From the NCBI GenBank assembly GCA_963920595.1, contig OY986949.1, positions 4,774,001 to 4,838,000 on the forward strand: a DNA stretch of 64,000 bases, written 5' to 3'. The stretch comes from Eimeria praecox (lineage: Eukaryota). This document shows positions 44,720-58,767 of this stretch, in pieces. The notes beneath the pieces were generated by a model. The model searched no databases. It was not told where the DNA came from and saw nothing but the letters and a program-made list of their open reading frames with translations. Both the position numbers and the translations under genes were made by a program. How positions within the stretch are numbered: position 1 is the stretch's first letter; every line of letters begins with the position of its first letter.

Positions 44720-46003
44720 ATGAAGCCATCTAAATCTATTTCTTCTTCTTCTAAACCTTCCTCCTCATCATCATCTACCTCTAAACCCGCATTATCTCCC
44801 TCTAAATCTACTTCTTCTACTACTAAACAGCACACATACACCCGAGGTACATATACAGGGGAGCAACTACCTGCTATACAAGGATATATTATAGATAAAG
44901 GAGACAGGTGTCTCCTTCGAACAGGCTTCGAGCCCTCAGCTATGCCCATAGGATTCAATAACCTACAGACAGACACAGGTATATTCTGCTGTCTATGAAT
45001 TGGACTGTTGTCTCCTCTCTCTCTTATACGCTATTGTCTCCTCTCTCTCTTATACTCTATTCTCTCTCGAAGTGTCTCCTCTGTCTGTCTCTCATACTCT
45101 CTTCTCTCTCTAAGTGTCTCCTCTTCCTCTTATACTCAATTGTCTCTAAGTGTCTCCTCTGTCTGTCTCTCATACTCTCCTGTCTCTCAGTGTCTCCTCT
45201 ATCTGTCCCTCATACTCTCTTCTCTCTCTAAGTGTCTCCTCTGTCTGTCTCTTATACTCTCTTCTCTCTCTAAGTGTCTCCTCTGTCTGTCCCTCATACT
45301 CTCTTCTCTCTCTAAGTGTCTCCTCTGTCTGTCCCTCATACTCTCTTCTCTCTCTCAGTGTCTCCTCTGTCTGTCCCTCATACTCCTGTCTCTAGGTGTC
45401 TCCTTTCTGCTGTCTGTGTTGTCTCTCTTTGTCTGTCTCCTTCATCCTTTTCTGTCTCTGTCTCCTTCTCTCTTCTTTTTTTTTATTTACTAAAATTAAG
45501 TATAAACCCTAAAAGAGTCTGACTGCCTCAAAAGCAGCTAGGGTTTAGGGTTTAGGGTTTAGGGTTTATATTATATATATGTATATGTGTGTCTTAAGAA
45601 GAGGGTTTATTAGATGGTGTAGGAGAAGACCTGGTTCGAATAACAGAAGACAACAAGTACCTGCCTATACACCCGAGATGTCTTGGTGGTGTCTCTGTCT
45701 CTCTCTTCTTTTCTTCTGTCAAACACCCTAAGTGCTCTTCCTTTATACCTTTCCTTATACAAGTATATTAACCCTAAACCCTAAACCCTAAACCCTAAGC
45801 CCTAAACCCTAAACCCTAAACCCTAAACCCTAAACCCTAAACCCTAAACCCTAAACCCTAGACTCTCGTGTACGTGTCTGTCTATGTATCCATGACCTCT
45901 GCGGCAATTGGTTAGATCAATATTTTATTTAAATACTTAATTAATTTATTATTAGATAATTCTAATATATATATATATATATATATATAAGAGAGAGAGA
46001 GAG

Positions 46004-46061
<58 letters not shown>

Positions 46062-46455
46062 CTTTGTCTCTTTGTTTATTTTGCTGCATTTGTAGTTTTA
46101 TAAAACAGTAAACAAAGAAGGGAGACACAAGAAGATAGAAATCATAGAAATAAATTTAGATAAAGAAGAAGAGACAAATAGAGAAAGGAGACAGACACCG
46201 TGGCTGTATCTTCGTCCTCAGTCCCCACTAACAGATAAACTTATTAGAAGATATCAAGTAGCCCTCGAACCTCCAGGTCTGCTGCTGCTGCTGCTGCTGT
46301 TGCTGCTGTCGCTGCTCTTGCTGCTGTTGCTGTTGCTGTTGCTTTGGCTGGTGCTGCTGCTGTTGCTGCTGTTGTTGCTGTTGCTGCTGCTGTTGCTGCT
46401 ACTTATGCTGATGCTGCTGAAGCGGTACAGCTGCTGATTCTCTTGCGCTTGCTGC

Positions 46456-46520
<65 letters not shown>

Positions 46521-46903
46521 AGACGGATGGTGTTGCTGCTTCTGTATTAGCTGTTTATGTTTGTCTACAACTTCGTGTATGTTTTGTGTCTGTCTCTGTC
46601 TTCCTATCTCTCTGTCTCTCTTTTCGTCTGTCTCTGTCTGTCTCTGTCTGTCTGTCTCTGTCTGTCTCTATCTGTCTGTCTCTCTCCCCCTGTCTCTCTG
46701 TCCCTCTCTCTCTGCCTCTGTCTCTGTCTCTCTGTCTCTCTTTCTCTCTCTGTCTCTCTTTCTCTCTCTGTCTCTCTTTCTCTGTCTCTGTCTGTCTCTC
46801 TCTGTCTGTCTGTCTCTGTCTGTCTCTGTCTCCTTTGCTGTCTCCCTCCATATACACCCCCACCCACACACACGCATGTCTCTACACATACATCTACCTA
46901 CAA

Positions 46904-46961
<58 letters not shown>

Positions 46962-47005
46962 TTGTAGGTAGATGTATGTGTAGAGACATGCGTGTGTGTG
47001 GGTGG

Positions 47006-47075
<70 letters not shown>

Positions 47076-47253
47076 ATTGGTGTGTCTCTGCAGGTGGATA
47101 TATCGGAGACAGTGTACGTATTGGTTTGCCTGTATTGATAGTAGTTAGTTTTAGTGGCAGACAAATTTTGAAACTTTCTTCAGATAATCTGACGGAGACA
47201 GCGTTAAGAAAGTGGGACTTCGATCATAATATATGGCCCCTATACTGCAGCAG

Positions 47254-47295
<42 letters not shown>

Positions 47296-47428
47296 AGAGG
47301 GAGAAGCAGCAGATCCCTACCAGCAGCAGCAGCAGCAGCAGCAGGGTGTTGAAACACTCTCTTGGCCTTTCACCCCTGAAGCAGCAGAAGCATGGGTGAG
47401 AGAGAAACAGAAACATCAGGGTACATAA
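44720..47428 (+). CDS. Thioredoxin-like protein of the apicomplexan TrxL1/TrxL2 (cortical microtubule-associated) type, lacking CxxC
   Basis: Phase-consistent exons 44720-44978, 45599-45762, 46096-46276, 47094-47428. Product includes SAMPIG...[48 protein letters not shown]...PWL...[12 protein letters not shown]...[12 protein letters not shown]...[13 protein letters not shown], a nucleoredoxin-type fold pattern. Exons 2 and 3 are not in the ORF track. Confidence 0.8.
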
Positions 47429-47606
47429 ATTAATTAATATGCAGCAGCAGCAGCAGCAAGAGCAGCAGCAGCAGCACTTGCTGCAGCAGCAGCAGCAAAC
47501 AACACCCGACAGACACCTCGCCCTGTTACAGCAGCAGCAGAGCGGAAGACAAACAGCAGCCCCTGCTGCTGCTGCTGCCACAACACTTGCTGCAGCAACA
47601 AACTCA

Positions 47607-47638
<32 letters not shown>

Positions 47639-47714
47639 AGGTTGCAGCAGCAGCAGCAGCAACTGAGTTGTCTGGCTTTTATGCTTTCATTGAAGCATCC
47701 CTGTGCCTGAGGGT

Positions 47715-47757
<43 letters not shown>

Positions 47758-47812
47758 AGACCTGCTGCAGCTGCTGCTGCAGTTGCTGCTGCAGTTACTT
47801 GAACACGAGCAC

Positions 47813-47857
<45 letters not shown>

Positions 47858-48099
47858 AGTTTCAGTGGAGTATTAAAGAATGCGTTGTTCTGTCTCTTTG
47901 TTTATTCTCTGTCTTTCTTTTCTTTTTTTAAAAACAAACAAATACTAAAAACAAAGAGAGAGAGAGAGAGAGAGAGAGAGGCTCTGAGGACTAGAGACTA
48001 TTCAGGTGTACGTACACCTCAAAACCAGGGTGATAGGTGATAGTTTGCTCTACCCCTGCTGCTGCTGCTGTTGCTGCTGCTGCTGTTGCTGCTGCTGCT

Positions 48100-48134
<35 letters not shown>

Positions 48135-48357
48135 CCGAAGGAGACAGACGGAAACTGCTGTCCTGGGCCGAACCCAGCAGCAGCAACAGCAGCAGCAACA
48201 GCAGCAGCAACAGCAGCAGCAACAGCAGCAGCAACAGCAGCAGCAACAGCAGCAGCAGCAACATTTCCTGTAGTTTTTGTTTAGGACTGCTGCAGCAAAA
48301 GCTGTAGAGAGAGTCAATGAGGTGTACAGACAGGTTAAGCTACGAAGAACAGGTCAC

Positions 48358-48406
<49 letters not shown>

Positions 48407-48583
48407 GCACACACGAAACTCCCCATCTACAGCAGCAACAAATCGCAGCAGCAGAAGAAACAGCAGCAAAATATATCAGCAGCAACAAACTGCAGCAGCA
48501 GCAGCAGCAGCAGCAGCAGACAGCCACCAAGGCTGTAGTCCGCTGGCTGAGGCCACCGCTCCCGCTCGGGCAGCCAATGGACG

Positions 48584-48641
<58 letters not shown>

Positions 48642-48735
48642 CAGCATCTTCTTCGTTGCAGCTTGTCTTTAGAAAAGCATTTGCTGTTTCAAATACTTTT
48701 GTGAGTTTTTAAAATATATATAGAGAGAAGTAGCT

Positions 48736-48789
<54 letters not shown>

Positions 48790-48943
48790 CGCTCAAGCGA
48801 GCGAACCGGCGGCCTTCTACTTACGTTAATTTGTTGAGGTGTACCTGCAGCTCTGTATTGTCTTCTTCTTCTCTTCTATTAATATATGTTTCAAAAATGT
48901 TTTTTATCTTGATTTCTTGATCTTATCTTGTTTGTTTCTTGCT

Positions 48944-48992
<49 letters not shown>

Positions 48993-49171
48993 TGCCGACA
49001 CCGCCTCCGGCTTCATATCGCAGCAGCAGCAGCAGCAATTTGTTTGCTGTAGATCTTCTGTATATAAATATTTATAAATTATTATAAATACGAAGTTTTA
49101 TTTTTGTTTATTCTGCTGCTGTTGTTCTACATTTTGTTGCTTTTGTTTGAGCAGCACCGCCGCTGCTGCTG

Positions 49172-49234
<63 letters not shown>

Positions 49235-49395
49235 AGCAGATGACAGGCTCCTCCTTCTTATATGAGAGAGATATCTTTAAATATTGTTGAATATAATTTA
49301 TTTGTAGAGAGAAGACAAATACATTAGGAGAACAACACACACAAACCGATCAGCTCCATCTGCAGCAGCAAGCGGCCTCTCAGCTGTATCTACAG

Positions 49396-49447
<52 letters not shown>

Positions 49448-49534
49448 AGCAGCAGCAGCAGCAAAATCATCGTCAGCAGCAGAACTCCTCATATGTTGCT
49501 CAAGGGATAGACAAACCAACAGCAGCAAGCTAAC

Positions 49535-49573
<39 letters not shown>

Positions 49574-49909
49574 GAGTTTATATATTGTAGCAAATCGTTC
49601 TCTTAGGTAATGCCTACGAAGGCTTACTGTGCTGCTTCTGGGTTCTGCCGTTGCACAGCAGCAGCAGCAGCAGCAGCAGCAGCAATTGCTGCGGCTCTGC
49701 TGCAGCAGCAGCAACTGCTGCAGCAGCAGCAAATCTGCAGCTGTCTTATCGTCTAGATATCTTCCTCTTCTGCTGCTGTTCTATCTGCTGCTGCTGCATC
49801 TTCTGTTTGTATATATGAAAACTCATTCTATCGCATTTGTCTCCTCGTTTTTTTTGTTTTAGCTGTACATACACCGTAGCTTCAGCTCTGCTTCTACAGC
49901 AGCAGCAGC

Positions 49910-49942
<33 letters not shown>

Positions 49943-49985
49943 CGTGTGGTTGCTGCAGCAGATATCGCAGGCTCGTCTCCCCTCA

Positions 49986-50126
49986 ATGTCTTACCCCACA
50001 TATTATGGCAGCATTGCTGCTGCTGCTGCTTTGTGCAGCAGCAGCAGCAGCAGCAACAGCAACAGCAGCGCAGCAGACGCGGACTGCTGCGGGCTGCGGC
50101 AGCAACATATATACACATCTGAAGGG

Positions 50127-50160
<34 letters not shown>

Positions 50161-50332
50161 GTCCTGTGGATGTACAGCAAACCCTAACACACGAACTGTC
50201 TCCTCCACCGTCTCCCCCATCGCCGAGGCTGCTGCTGTGTAGGCAGCAGTTGCTGCATGAGCACCAGCAGCAGCAGCAGCAGCAGCAGTTGTTGCTGCAG
50301 CAAGGCTTGGCCCTTCAGCAGCAGCTCGAGCT

Positions 50333-50363
<31 letters not shown>

Positions 50364-50569
50364 ATCTGGCAGCAGGAGCAGCAAGTCCTCAGCGCGTTGA
50401 TAGGCCCACACGTGCAGCGCAGCAGACTACAGCAGCAGCAGCAGCAGCAGCAACTGCAGCAGCAGCAGCAGCAACTGCAGCAGCAGTTTCGACAGCAGCA
50501 GCACCACCATATCCATGGGCACCAAAGCAAGAGTTTGCTGCAAATGCGACAGATGGAGATGCTGCAGCA

Positions 50570-50604
<35 letters not shown>

Positions 50605-50846
50605 TGCTGCTGCAGCAAGCTGCAGCAGCAGGCAGCAGCAATGGGGTGTCTCCTGAGCTCATAGCACAGCTGCTAGCAGCAAATGCTGCTTCAGCTGAGG
50701 CTTGGAGGACCTCTTGCATACCAAATCCGCTTTCTGCTGCTGCTGCTGCAGCAGCAGCAGCAGCAGCAGCAACACCTGCAGCAGCAGCAGCAGCAGCAGC
50801 AGCAGCACCTGCAGCAGCTACGCTGGACAAAGACGCCACCGCAGCA

Positions 50847-50881
<35 letters not shown>

Positions 50882-51142
50882 GGCAGAGAAAGAAACACAC
50901 CTCAAGCGCTGTGTTCAGCGGCTCCAACGAGCAGCAGCAGAAGCAGCAGCAGCTGATGCTGCTGCTGCTGCTGCAGCAGCAGCAGCAGCAGCACCTATTA
51001 GAGGCACACAGCTTCGCTATCAGGACTGCAGCAAACGCCGGCACCAGGTAGCAGCAGCAGCAGCAGCAGCAGCAGCAAGCTGCTGCAGCTACGGAGCAAA
51101 TGAAAAGCCGGCAGACTGTGCTATCGAAATCAACGAGCCACT

Positions 51143-51173
<31 letters not shown>

Positions 51174-51356
51174 GTATGCAGGCTTCCTTGTGGTGGTGCT
51201 GCTGTAGATAAACCATCAGTCCTTCTAGGTTCGTATCTACCCCTCGCTCTTGCTGCTGCTGCTGCTGCTGCTGTTGTTGTTGTTGTTGTTGTCGTCGTCG
51301 TTGTTGTTGTTGCTACTGTTAGTTCTGCTGCAGCAGCTGCTGCTGTTGCTGCAGTA

Positions 51357-51387
<31 letters not shown>

Positions 51388-51590
51388 TTGCTGTTGTTGT
51401 TGTTGCTACTGTTAGTTCTGCTGCAGTAGCTGCTGCTGCAGTTGCTGCTGCTGCTGCTGTATGGGGGCATTTGTGTGTGCTGCTGCGGCTTTGAATATGC
51501 AGGCAGCAGCAGTGCGGTGTCTGCATGCAATCCAGGTGTACGTACACCTGATATCGGGCACGGAGAAATCAGACAGAGTAAGCTGCTGCG

Positions 51591-51624
<34 letters not shown>

Positions 51625-51625
51625 T

Positions 51626-51658
<33 letters not shown>

Positions 51659-51893
51659 AGCAGCAAATCCAGCAGCATTAGCTGCGAATTATATTTTTAT
51701 TTGTTTTTATTTTTTATTATATTTTATTATATTTTATTATATTTTATTTTATTTTTATTTTTATTTATTTTATTTTATTTTAATTTGTTTAATTTTATTT
51801 ATTTATTTATTTTATTTATTTTTGTTTTGTTTGTGTGTTTGTTATTTCTTCAGCCGGTTGCTCTGTACTAGTGGGCTCAACCTCCCTCAACAA

Positions 51894-51928
<35 letters not shown>

Positions 51929-51995
51929 ACAACAACAGCAACAACACGAGCAGCACGAACAACACCACGAACAACACGACGAAGAGCATCAGCAG

Positions 51996-52033
<38 letters not shown>

Positions 52034-52517
52034 CCACAACCGCCCCCAACACCACCAACAGCATCAACAGCAGCAGCAGCATCAACAGGTGTTGTGTGGG
52101 GTGTTCTCGTGGCTCTAGTGTATTAGCTGTATGTGAGTATAAGAAGCTGTATGAGCCAGTAGGCCCCCTGCAACTTCCCTACTCTCCTATTGAAGGAGGT
52201 AGCTACGACAAGGCAGAACTGCGTCTGTGGCCTCGCGAATCTGAGAGACTTATTAGCGAGAACAGTAGTAAGAGAAAGGTACATAGGGCTTGGTGGATAT
52301 TTACAAATCTATATAATACTGCTGCTCCATCTGCTGCTGCTGCTGCTGCTGCTGCACCTGCTGCTGCTGCTGCTGCTGCTGCACAACCTGCTGCTGCAGC
52401 AGCTCCTCCTCTACCTGTTGCTATGAAATTTGTAGAAGATAATAATATACGAGATGGAAGGAGTATTAAAAGAGAGATAGAATGCCATCTGTATATACAC
52501 CAGAGATTAAGTATTTT

Positions 52518-52563
<46 letters not shown>

Positions 52564-52712
52564 AGACAGCAACAGGATCAGAATCAAATTCATCTTCTGC
52601 AGCAACACCAACAGCAGCAGCAGCAGCAGCATCAACAGCAACAGCAGCATCAGCAGCAGCAGCAAGAGGAAGACGAAGAAGAAGACAAAGACATATTTTC
52701 TTGCAGCAGCAG

Positions 52713-52753
<41 letters not shown>

Positions 52754-53429
52754 GCAGCAGCACAGAAGATGTGTGGCCTTGTGCAGAATTAATAGGATAT
52801 TATTTAGATAGGAAGAATCCCGGGAAGTCGGTATTAATAACAAGAAAGCTATCTGGTCCTGACTTTTTTGATTTAATTCGTAATGAGCATAGTTATATAT
52901 TTACAAAGGAGACAGCAAAGGAGACGGTTGAGGTGTACGAACAGCATAAATTATTATGGTGTTGTCTTGCATTAGAGAGAATATCACAACTGTCATTATT
53001 AGGCATTCGACATAATGATATTAAACCAGATAATCTGGTATTAGATATATATATAAATAAACAAACACGAAAGAGGATTGTGGATGTTAAGGTTATTGAT
53101 TTAGGAACAGCGAGTGTAGATGTTTCGCGGGAATTTACCGGAGGAACAACATGGTATGAAAGTCCAGAGCAGAAGATATTGGAATATTATACGAAGAAGA
53201 TTAAAAATATAGAAGAAGCAAATAATATATTTATTGATGCTTCATCAGATGCATGGGCTGCAGGAATATCAATCACAGAAGTGCTGGTCGGCAGAAGAGT
53301 AGTAGACACACTCAAACAACCTCAAGGACCCGGCCCATTAGAATATAGAGGAGTAGAGGAGGGATGGAGTGTGGAACCTGATGTTTGGATTGCTATGGCG
53401 AGACAAGCCCTCGGGCTGCAGCAGCAACA

Positions 53430-53482
<53 letters not shown>

Positions 53483-53649
53483 GGCAGGGGATAAGGATAC
53501 AGAAGAATAATGAAGAAGGAAGAGAAGAAGAAGAAGAAGGAGAAGAAGGTGAAGGGATAGAAGAAGAAGAAGAAATAGAAGAAAGATATAGAAGAAAAAA
53601 CACAAGAGAGACACAAACAAATACAGCTAATAATCCTTTCTTCGAACAC

Positions 53650-53714
<65 letters not shown>

Positions 53715-53878
53715 GCAGCAGCACAAATTCCCCCTGTGTTTTAAAGCTGCACACCTTGTATTTGATCTACTTGTAAAGCCAAGGCCTCAAGACCGGGCGA
53801 AGCTGCAACACGTTGCTGCAGCACTTAGATTGCTGCTGCAGCAGAATAAAAACAAAACAAAACAATCTAAAATGCAGA

Positions 53879-53909
<31 letters not shown>

Positions 53910-54315
53910 GCAGCAAGTACATCAACAAGTGCAACAGATGCAGCAGCAACATATGCACATACAAAGACAACAGCACCAACAAAGACAGCAGCAGCAGCAG
54001 CAACAAATGCAGCAGCAGCAGCAAATGCAGCAGCAGCAGCAAATGCAGCAGCAGCAGCAAATGCAGCAGCAGATGCATATGCAACTGCAGCAGCAGCAGC
54101 AGCAGCAGCAAGCACACCCACAGCAGCAGCAGCAGCCTTTGCACATGCAGCACATAATACAAATGCAGCAGCAGCAGCAGCAGCAGCTACGACATCAGCA
54201 GCAGCAGCAGCAGATACGACAGCAGCAGCAAATGCAGCAGCAGCAGCAGCAGCAGCAATATGAAGAAGAAGAAGAATATGACGATGAGGAGGAAGATGAG
54301 GACGATATCGACATA

Positions 54316-54348
<33 letters not shown>

Positions 54349-54468
54349 TTAGTCTTCAGCAGCCCCTGCAAATATATAAATATTTGTAATACAAATAATA
54401 ATATTAATAATTCTACTGCAGCAGATATGGAGACAGCAGCAGCAAGACAAGACAAACAAACTCTATAA
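49986..54468 (+). CDS. Atypical serine/threonine protein kinase with Q-rich N- and C-terminal regions
   Basis: Phase-consistent exons 49986-51228 and 51854-54468. Motifs VAMK, REIECH, RHNDIKPDN, VKVIDLG, GGTTWYESPE, SDAWAAGI and PQDR. Confidence 0.85.
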
Positions 54469-54495
54469 ATATTTGGAGAAGCAGCAACTCCTTCT

Positions 54496-54559
<64 letters not shown>

Positions 54560-54599
54560 GTATATATGTCTTTAGCTCGGCTAACCCCTCATTTAAATC

Positions 54600-54948
54600 T
54601 AGGGTTTACCCTCCATGGCCTAGGGTTTAGGGTTTAGGGTTTAGGGTTTAGGTGTTAGGGTTTAGGGTTTAGGGTTTAGAGGCGATCTAGGGTTTAGGGT
54701 TTAGGGGTTAGGGTTTAGGGGATAGGGGTTAGGGGTTAGGGTTTGGGGGTTAGGGTTTAGAGGCGCTCTAGGGTTTAGGATGTACGGGTTAGGGTTTAGG
54801 GTTAGGGGTTAGGGTTTAGAGGCGCTCTAGGGGTTAGGATTTAGGGCTTAGGGTTTAGGGGCTAGTGTTTAGGGGCTAGGGTTTATGGTTTAGGGTTTAG
54901 GGGCTAGGGTTTAGGGGCTAGGGTTTAGGGTTTAGGGTTTAGGGTTTA
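54600..54948. repeat. Degenerate interstitial (TTTAGGG)n/(TTAGGGG)n telomere-like array
   Basis: G-rich strand on +, about 130 bp downstream of the kinase stop. Confidence 0.9.
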
Positions 54949-54992
54949 GAGCTACAAGGAATTGCAATAGACAAGGGCTAAAGCAGCCAGCA

Positions 54993-55030
<38 letters not shown>

Positions 55031-55478
55031 AGCTGTCTCTGCTGCTGCTGCTAGAGCTATTGCTGCTGCTGCTAGAGCTATTGCTGCTGCTGCTGCTGCT
55101 GCTGCTGCTAGTGCTGCTGCTGCTCGAGCTGTTTCTCCTGCTGCTAAGGCTGCTTCTTCTCATTCTGTCTCTGCTGCTGCTGCTGCTATTGCTGCTGCTG
55201 CTGCTATTGCTGCTGCAGCAGCAGCTAAAGGTGCTGCTATTGCTGCTGCTGCTGCTGCTGCTGCTGTTGTTGTTGTATCTCTTTGTTGAGAAGGAGACAG
55301 CAAGACAGAGGAGACAGCAGCAGCAACAGCAACCCTAACTGTCTCCTGTCTCCTTCCTCAACGAATATCATTTCTGACACAAATACAAAAATAATTTGTA
55401 TTATTAATTTAAAAAATAATATTAAAAATAATGTAAATAAGTCAAATAATATTAAAAATAATGTAAATAAGTCAATAG

Positions 55479-55538
<60 letters not shown>

Positions 55539-55566
55539 TATACACCTCAGCCTACCCATTAACAAT

Positions 55567-55612
<46 letters not shown>

Positions 55613-55734
55613 ATTATTAATGAATAGGCTGAGGTGTATAGACAGGTGGCTGGGTCTAACTTTGTTTAATTAGATTTTTAAATAAATAATAATTAATTTT
55701 GTTTTTATATTTTAAATATTATAAAATTTAATAT

Positions 55735-55785
<51 letters not shown>

Positions 55786-55850
55786 ACACGTAAATATAAT
55801 TGTAGATTAATATGAGGCGATGCCTTCAGACCTGTCAGCATGTTAACTGC

Positions 55851-55903
<53 letters not shown>

Positions 55904-56003
55904 TTGCTGCTCAGGTGTACATGCAGCTCCATATTGTCTTTGTGCTGTTTTTGAAATTGTGTAAGAGGCACAACAAGCAGCAGCAGCTGCTGCTGCAGCA
56001 ACA

Positions 56004-56100
<97 letters not shown>

Positions 56101-56507
56101 TGGTGTCTTGTTGCTGCGCCTCATCGACCCTTGTCTTAACAAGAGATATGAGGAGACAGACAAATCTACACTGTATTATATTTATTTGTATTTATTTATA
56201 TATTTTATTTTATTTTATTTTATTTTATTTATTTTTATTTATTTTATAATACGAAAAATAATAGCGTCGAACTACGGGGGCTGCAGCAAGCCGCGCGAGC
56301 ACTCGGGTTCGGGGTCACCTGCAGCAGCAGCAGCAGCAGCAGCAGCGGCAGCAGCAGCAGCTGCTGCTGCTGTAAACAAGACAGCAGGAAGCAAAGGCTA
56401 AATGTAGGGTCTCTGAGGTGTATAGACAGTGTTTTGCTGCTGCAGTGTATAAACACCTGCAGCTGCTGCTGCTGCCCTCACCTCCCTAGCAGCTTAGGGC
56501 TTGCTAG

Positions 56508-56548
<41 letters not shown>

Positions 56549-56601
56549 GCAGCACGAGTAGCAGCAAAAGACAGAAACAAATTATAAATAACAAGCAGCG
56601 A

Positions 56602-56640
56602 ATGTTTAAAGGAGTGTATGAGGTAAGCAGCAGCAACAAC

Positions 56641-56687
<47 letters not shown>

Positions 56688-56852
56688 GGCCCCCCATCAC
56701 TGACAGCAACAGATTTGTTGGCTTCAGCTACAGGGGAAAGATGCGGACACACTGCGGGGACAATGGTGAGCTGCTGCTGCCGCAAACACACCTGCTGCAG
56801 CAGCTGCTGCTGCTGCAGCAACAGCAGCAAGACACACGGATACTAAGAGACT

Positions 56853-56892
<40 letters not shown>

Positions 56893-57599
56893 AAACAGCA
56901 GCAACTCGCTGCAGACAACTGATTGACACACAGCGTCAGGAAGCCACCCTCCCTTAAACTGCTATTGCTGCTGCTGTTGCTGTTGCTGCTGCTGCTGCTG
57001 CTGTTGCTGTTGCTGCTGCTGCTGCTGCTGTGTCAGGAGACAGAGACAGCAGCAGACAGCAGAGGGAAGTGGGGGCATCCAACGGACAGGATGATTCGCT
57101 CTCTCAGCGAATTTCTCAAGGCAAGAAAACACCTAACTAGCTAGCTAGCTAGCTAGCTAGCTATCTCTCCCTCTCTCTCTCTATACATATATATATATAT
57201 ATATATAGATAGATAGATAGCTACTTAGGTAGCTAGATAGATAAATAGATAGTCATCTGGCTGTGTACAGGGCTAGCTAGCTAGCTAGCTACCTATCTAG
57301 CTAGCTGTATACTTAGCTAGCTAGCTAGCTAGCTAGCTAGCTAAGTGTAGCTATCGACACAGCTAGCTATCTGGCTAGCTAGCTGGCTAGCTAGCTGTTA
57401 GTTAGGTAGCTGTTAACTAGCTAGTTAGATCCCATCTAGCTATTAGCTAGCTAGTAGCTAGCTGTTAGCTAGCTGTTAGCTAGCTGTTAGCTAGCTGCCA
57501 GCTAGCTGTTGGCTAGCTAGCTGCTAGCTAGCTGTTGAGTAGCTAGCGAGCTGCAATCTCCTTCCGTGTCTTGAGACCCTGGTAGTCCCATCGTTGACC

Positions 57600-57671
<72 letters not shown>

Positions 57672-57820
57672 TTTGCTTAGGCTGACAAGCTGCTAGGGGC
57701 AGTTGAGGAGACAGAGTATAAACCTTTCGTAGAGTGTCTCTACCGTCGGTTGCTGCTGCGAGCTGCTGCAGTCCGCAGCAGCAAAGCCACCACCTGCAGC
57801 ATCTGCTGCTTCCCCCTGCC

Positions 57821-57868
<48 letters not shown>

Positions 57869-57964
57869 TGAGGGAGAATCCGAGCAGCAGCAAAAGACAG
57901 AAGGCCCGTTTGCTGCATTTCTAAACTGTAGAGAAACTCTATGGCTCGACTTAGCTCCTCTCCC

Positions 57965-58029
<65 letters not shown>

Positions 58030-58370
58030 TGTGTGTTGAGCAAGCAGCAAAGCTGCGGCTGCTGCTGCTGCGGCTTATCTTCTCGAAGATGTTGCTGGAG
58101 GGGGAGACACAATACTTTCGGGGTTGGTATATACGTTTAATAGCAGCAGCAAGGAAAGACGCATGGAAGCAAGTGCAGCAGCAGCAGCAGCAGCAGCAGC
58201 GAAAGCAGCTGCTGCTGCAGCGTATTAAACAAGAAAAACAAGAACAGCAACAAAGAAGAAACCTCCTACTACATCCTCCTAGTCCCCCACCCCACAGACA
58301 CTGTCATCAACACAGACTACAGCAGCAGTTGCTGCGGCAGCAGCAGCACCAGCAGCACCACCACCAGCAG

Positions 58371-58401
<31 letters not shown>

Positions 58402-58729
58402 GTCAGTTCAATCGAAGATCTAAGAGCAGCAAAGAAGATATGTCTCCTTCTTCTTCTTTTGATACCGACGCAGATTATTCTGTTTCTTGTCGAGGGACTG
58501 TCTCCTCAAACACATGTCTGTGCTTTCTTGCTGCTGCTGCTGCTCCTGTTGCTGCTGTTGCTGTTGCTGCTGCTGCTGCTGCTGCTGGTGCTGCTGCTGC
58601 TGGTGCTGCTGCGGCTCATGCTCCATTCCCCTGCTGCTGTTGCTGCTGCTGCTGCCTCTGTTCTGCTGCAGCTTCACAGACAACGTCCCCTAGAAAGCCC
58701 CAAGCTGCAGCAGCAGATGGGCTACGCAT

Positions 58730-58767
<38 letters not shown>

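Noticed and set aside
47430..49940. Small ORFs between TrxL and the kinase
   Set aside because: They have no recognisable motifs or consistent exon chain and are CAG-derived.
54600..54948. True chromosome end or telomere fusion
   Set aside because: The array is short, degenerate and flanked by genes. Interstitial AAACCCT arrays are a known Eimeria feature.
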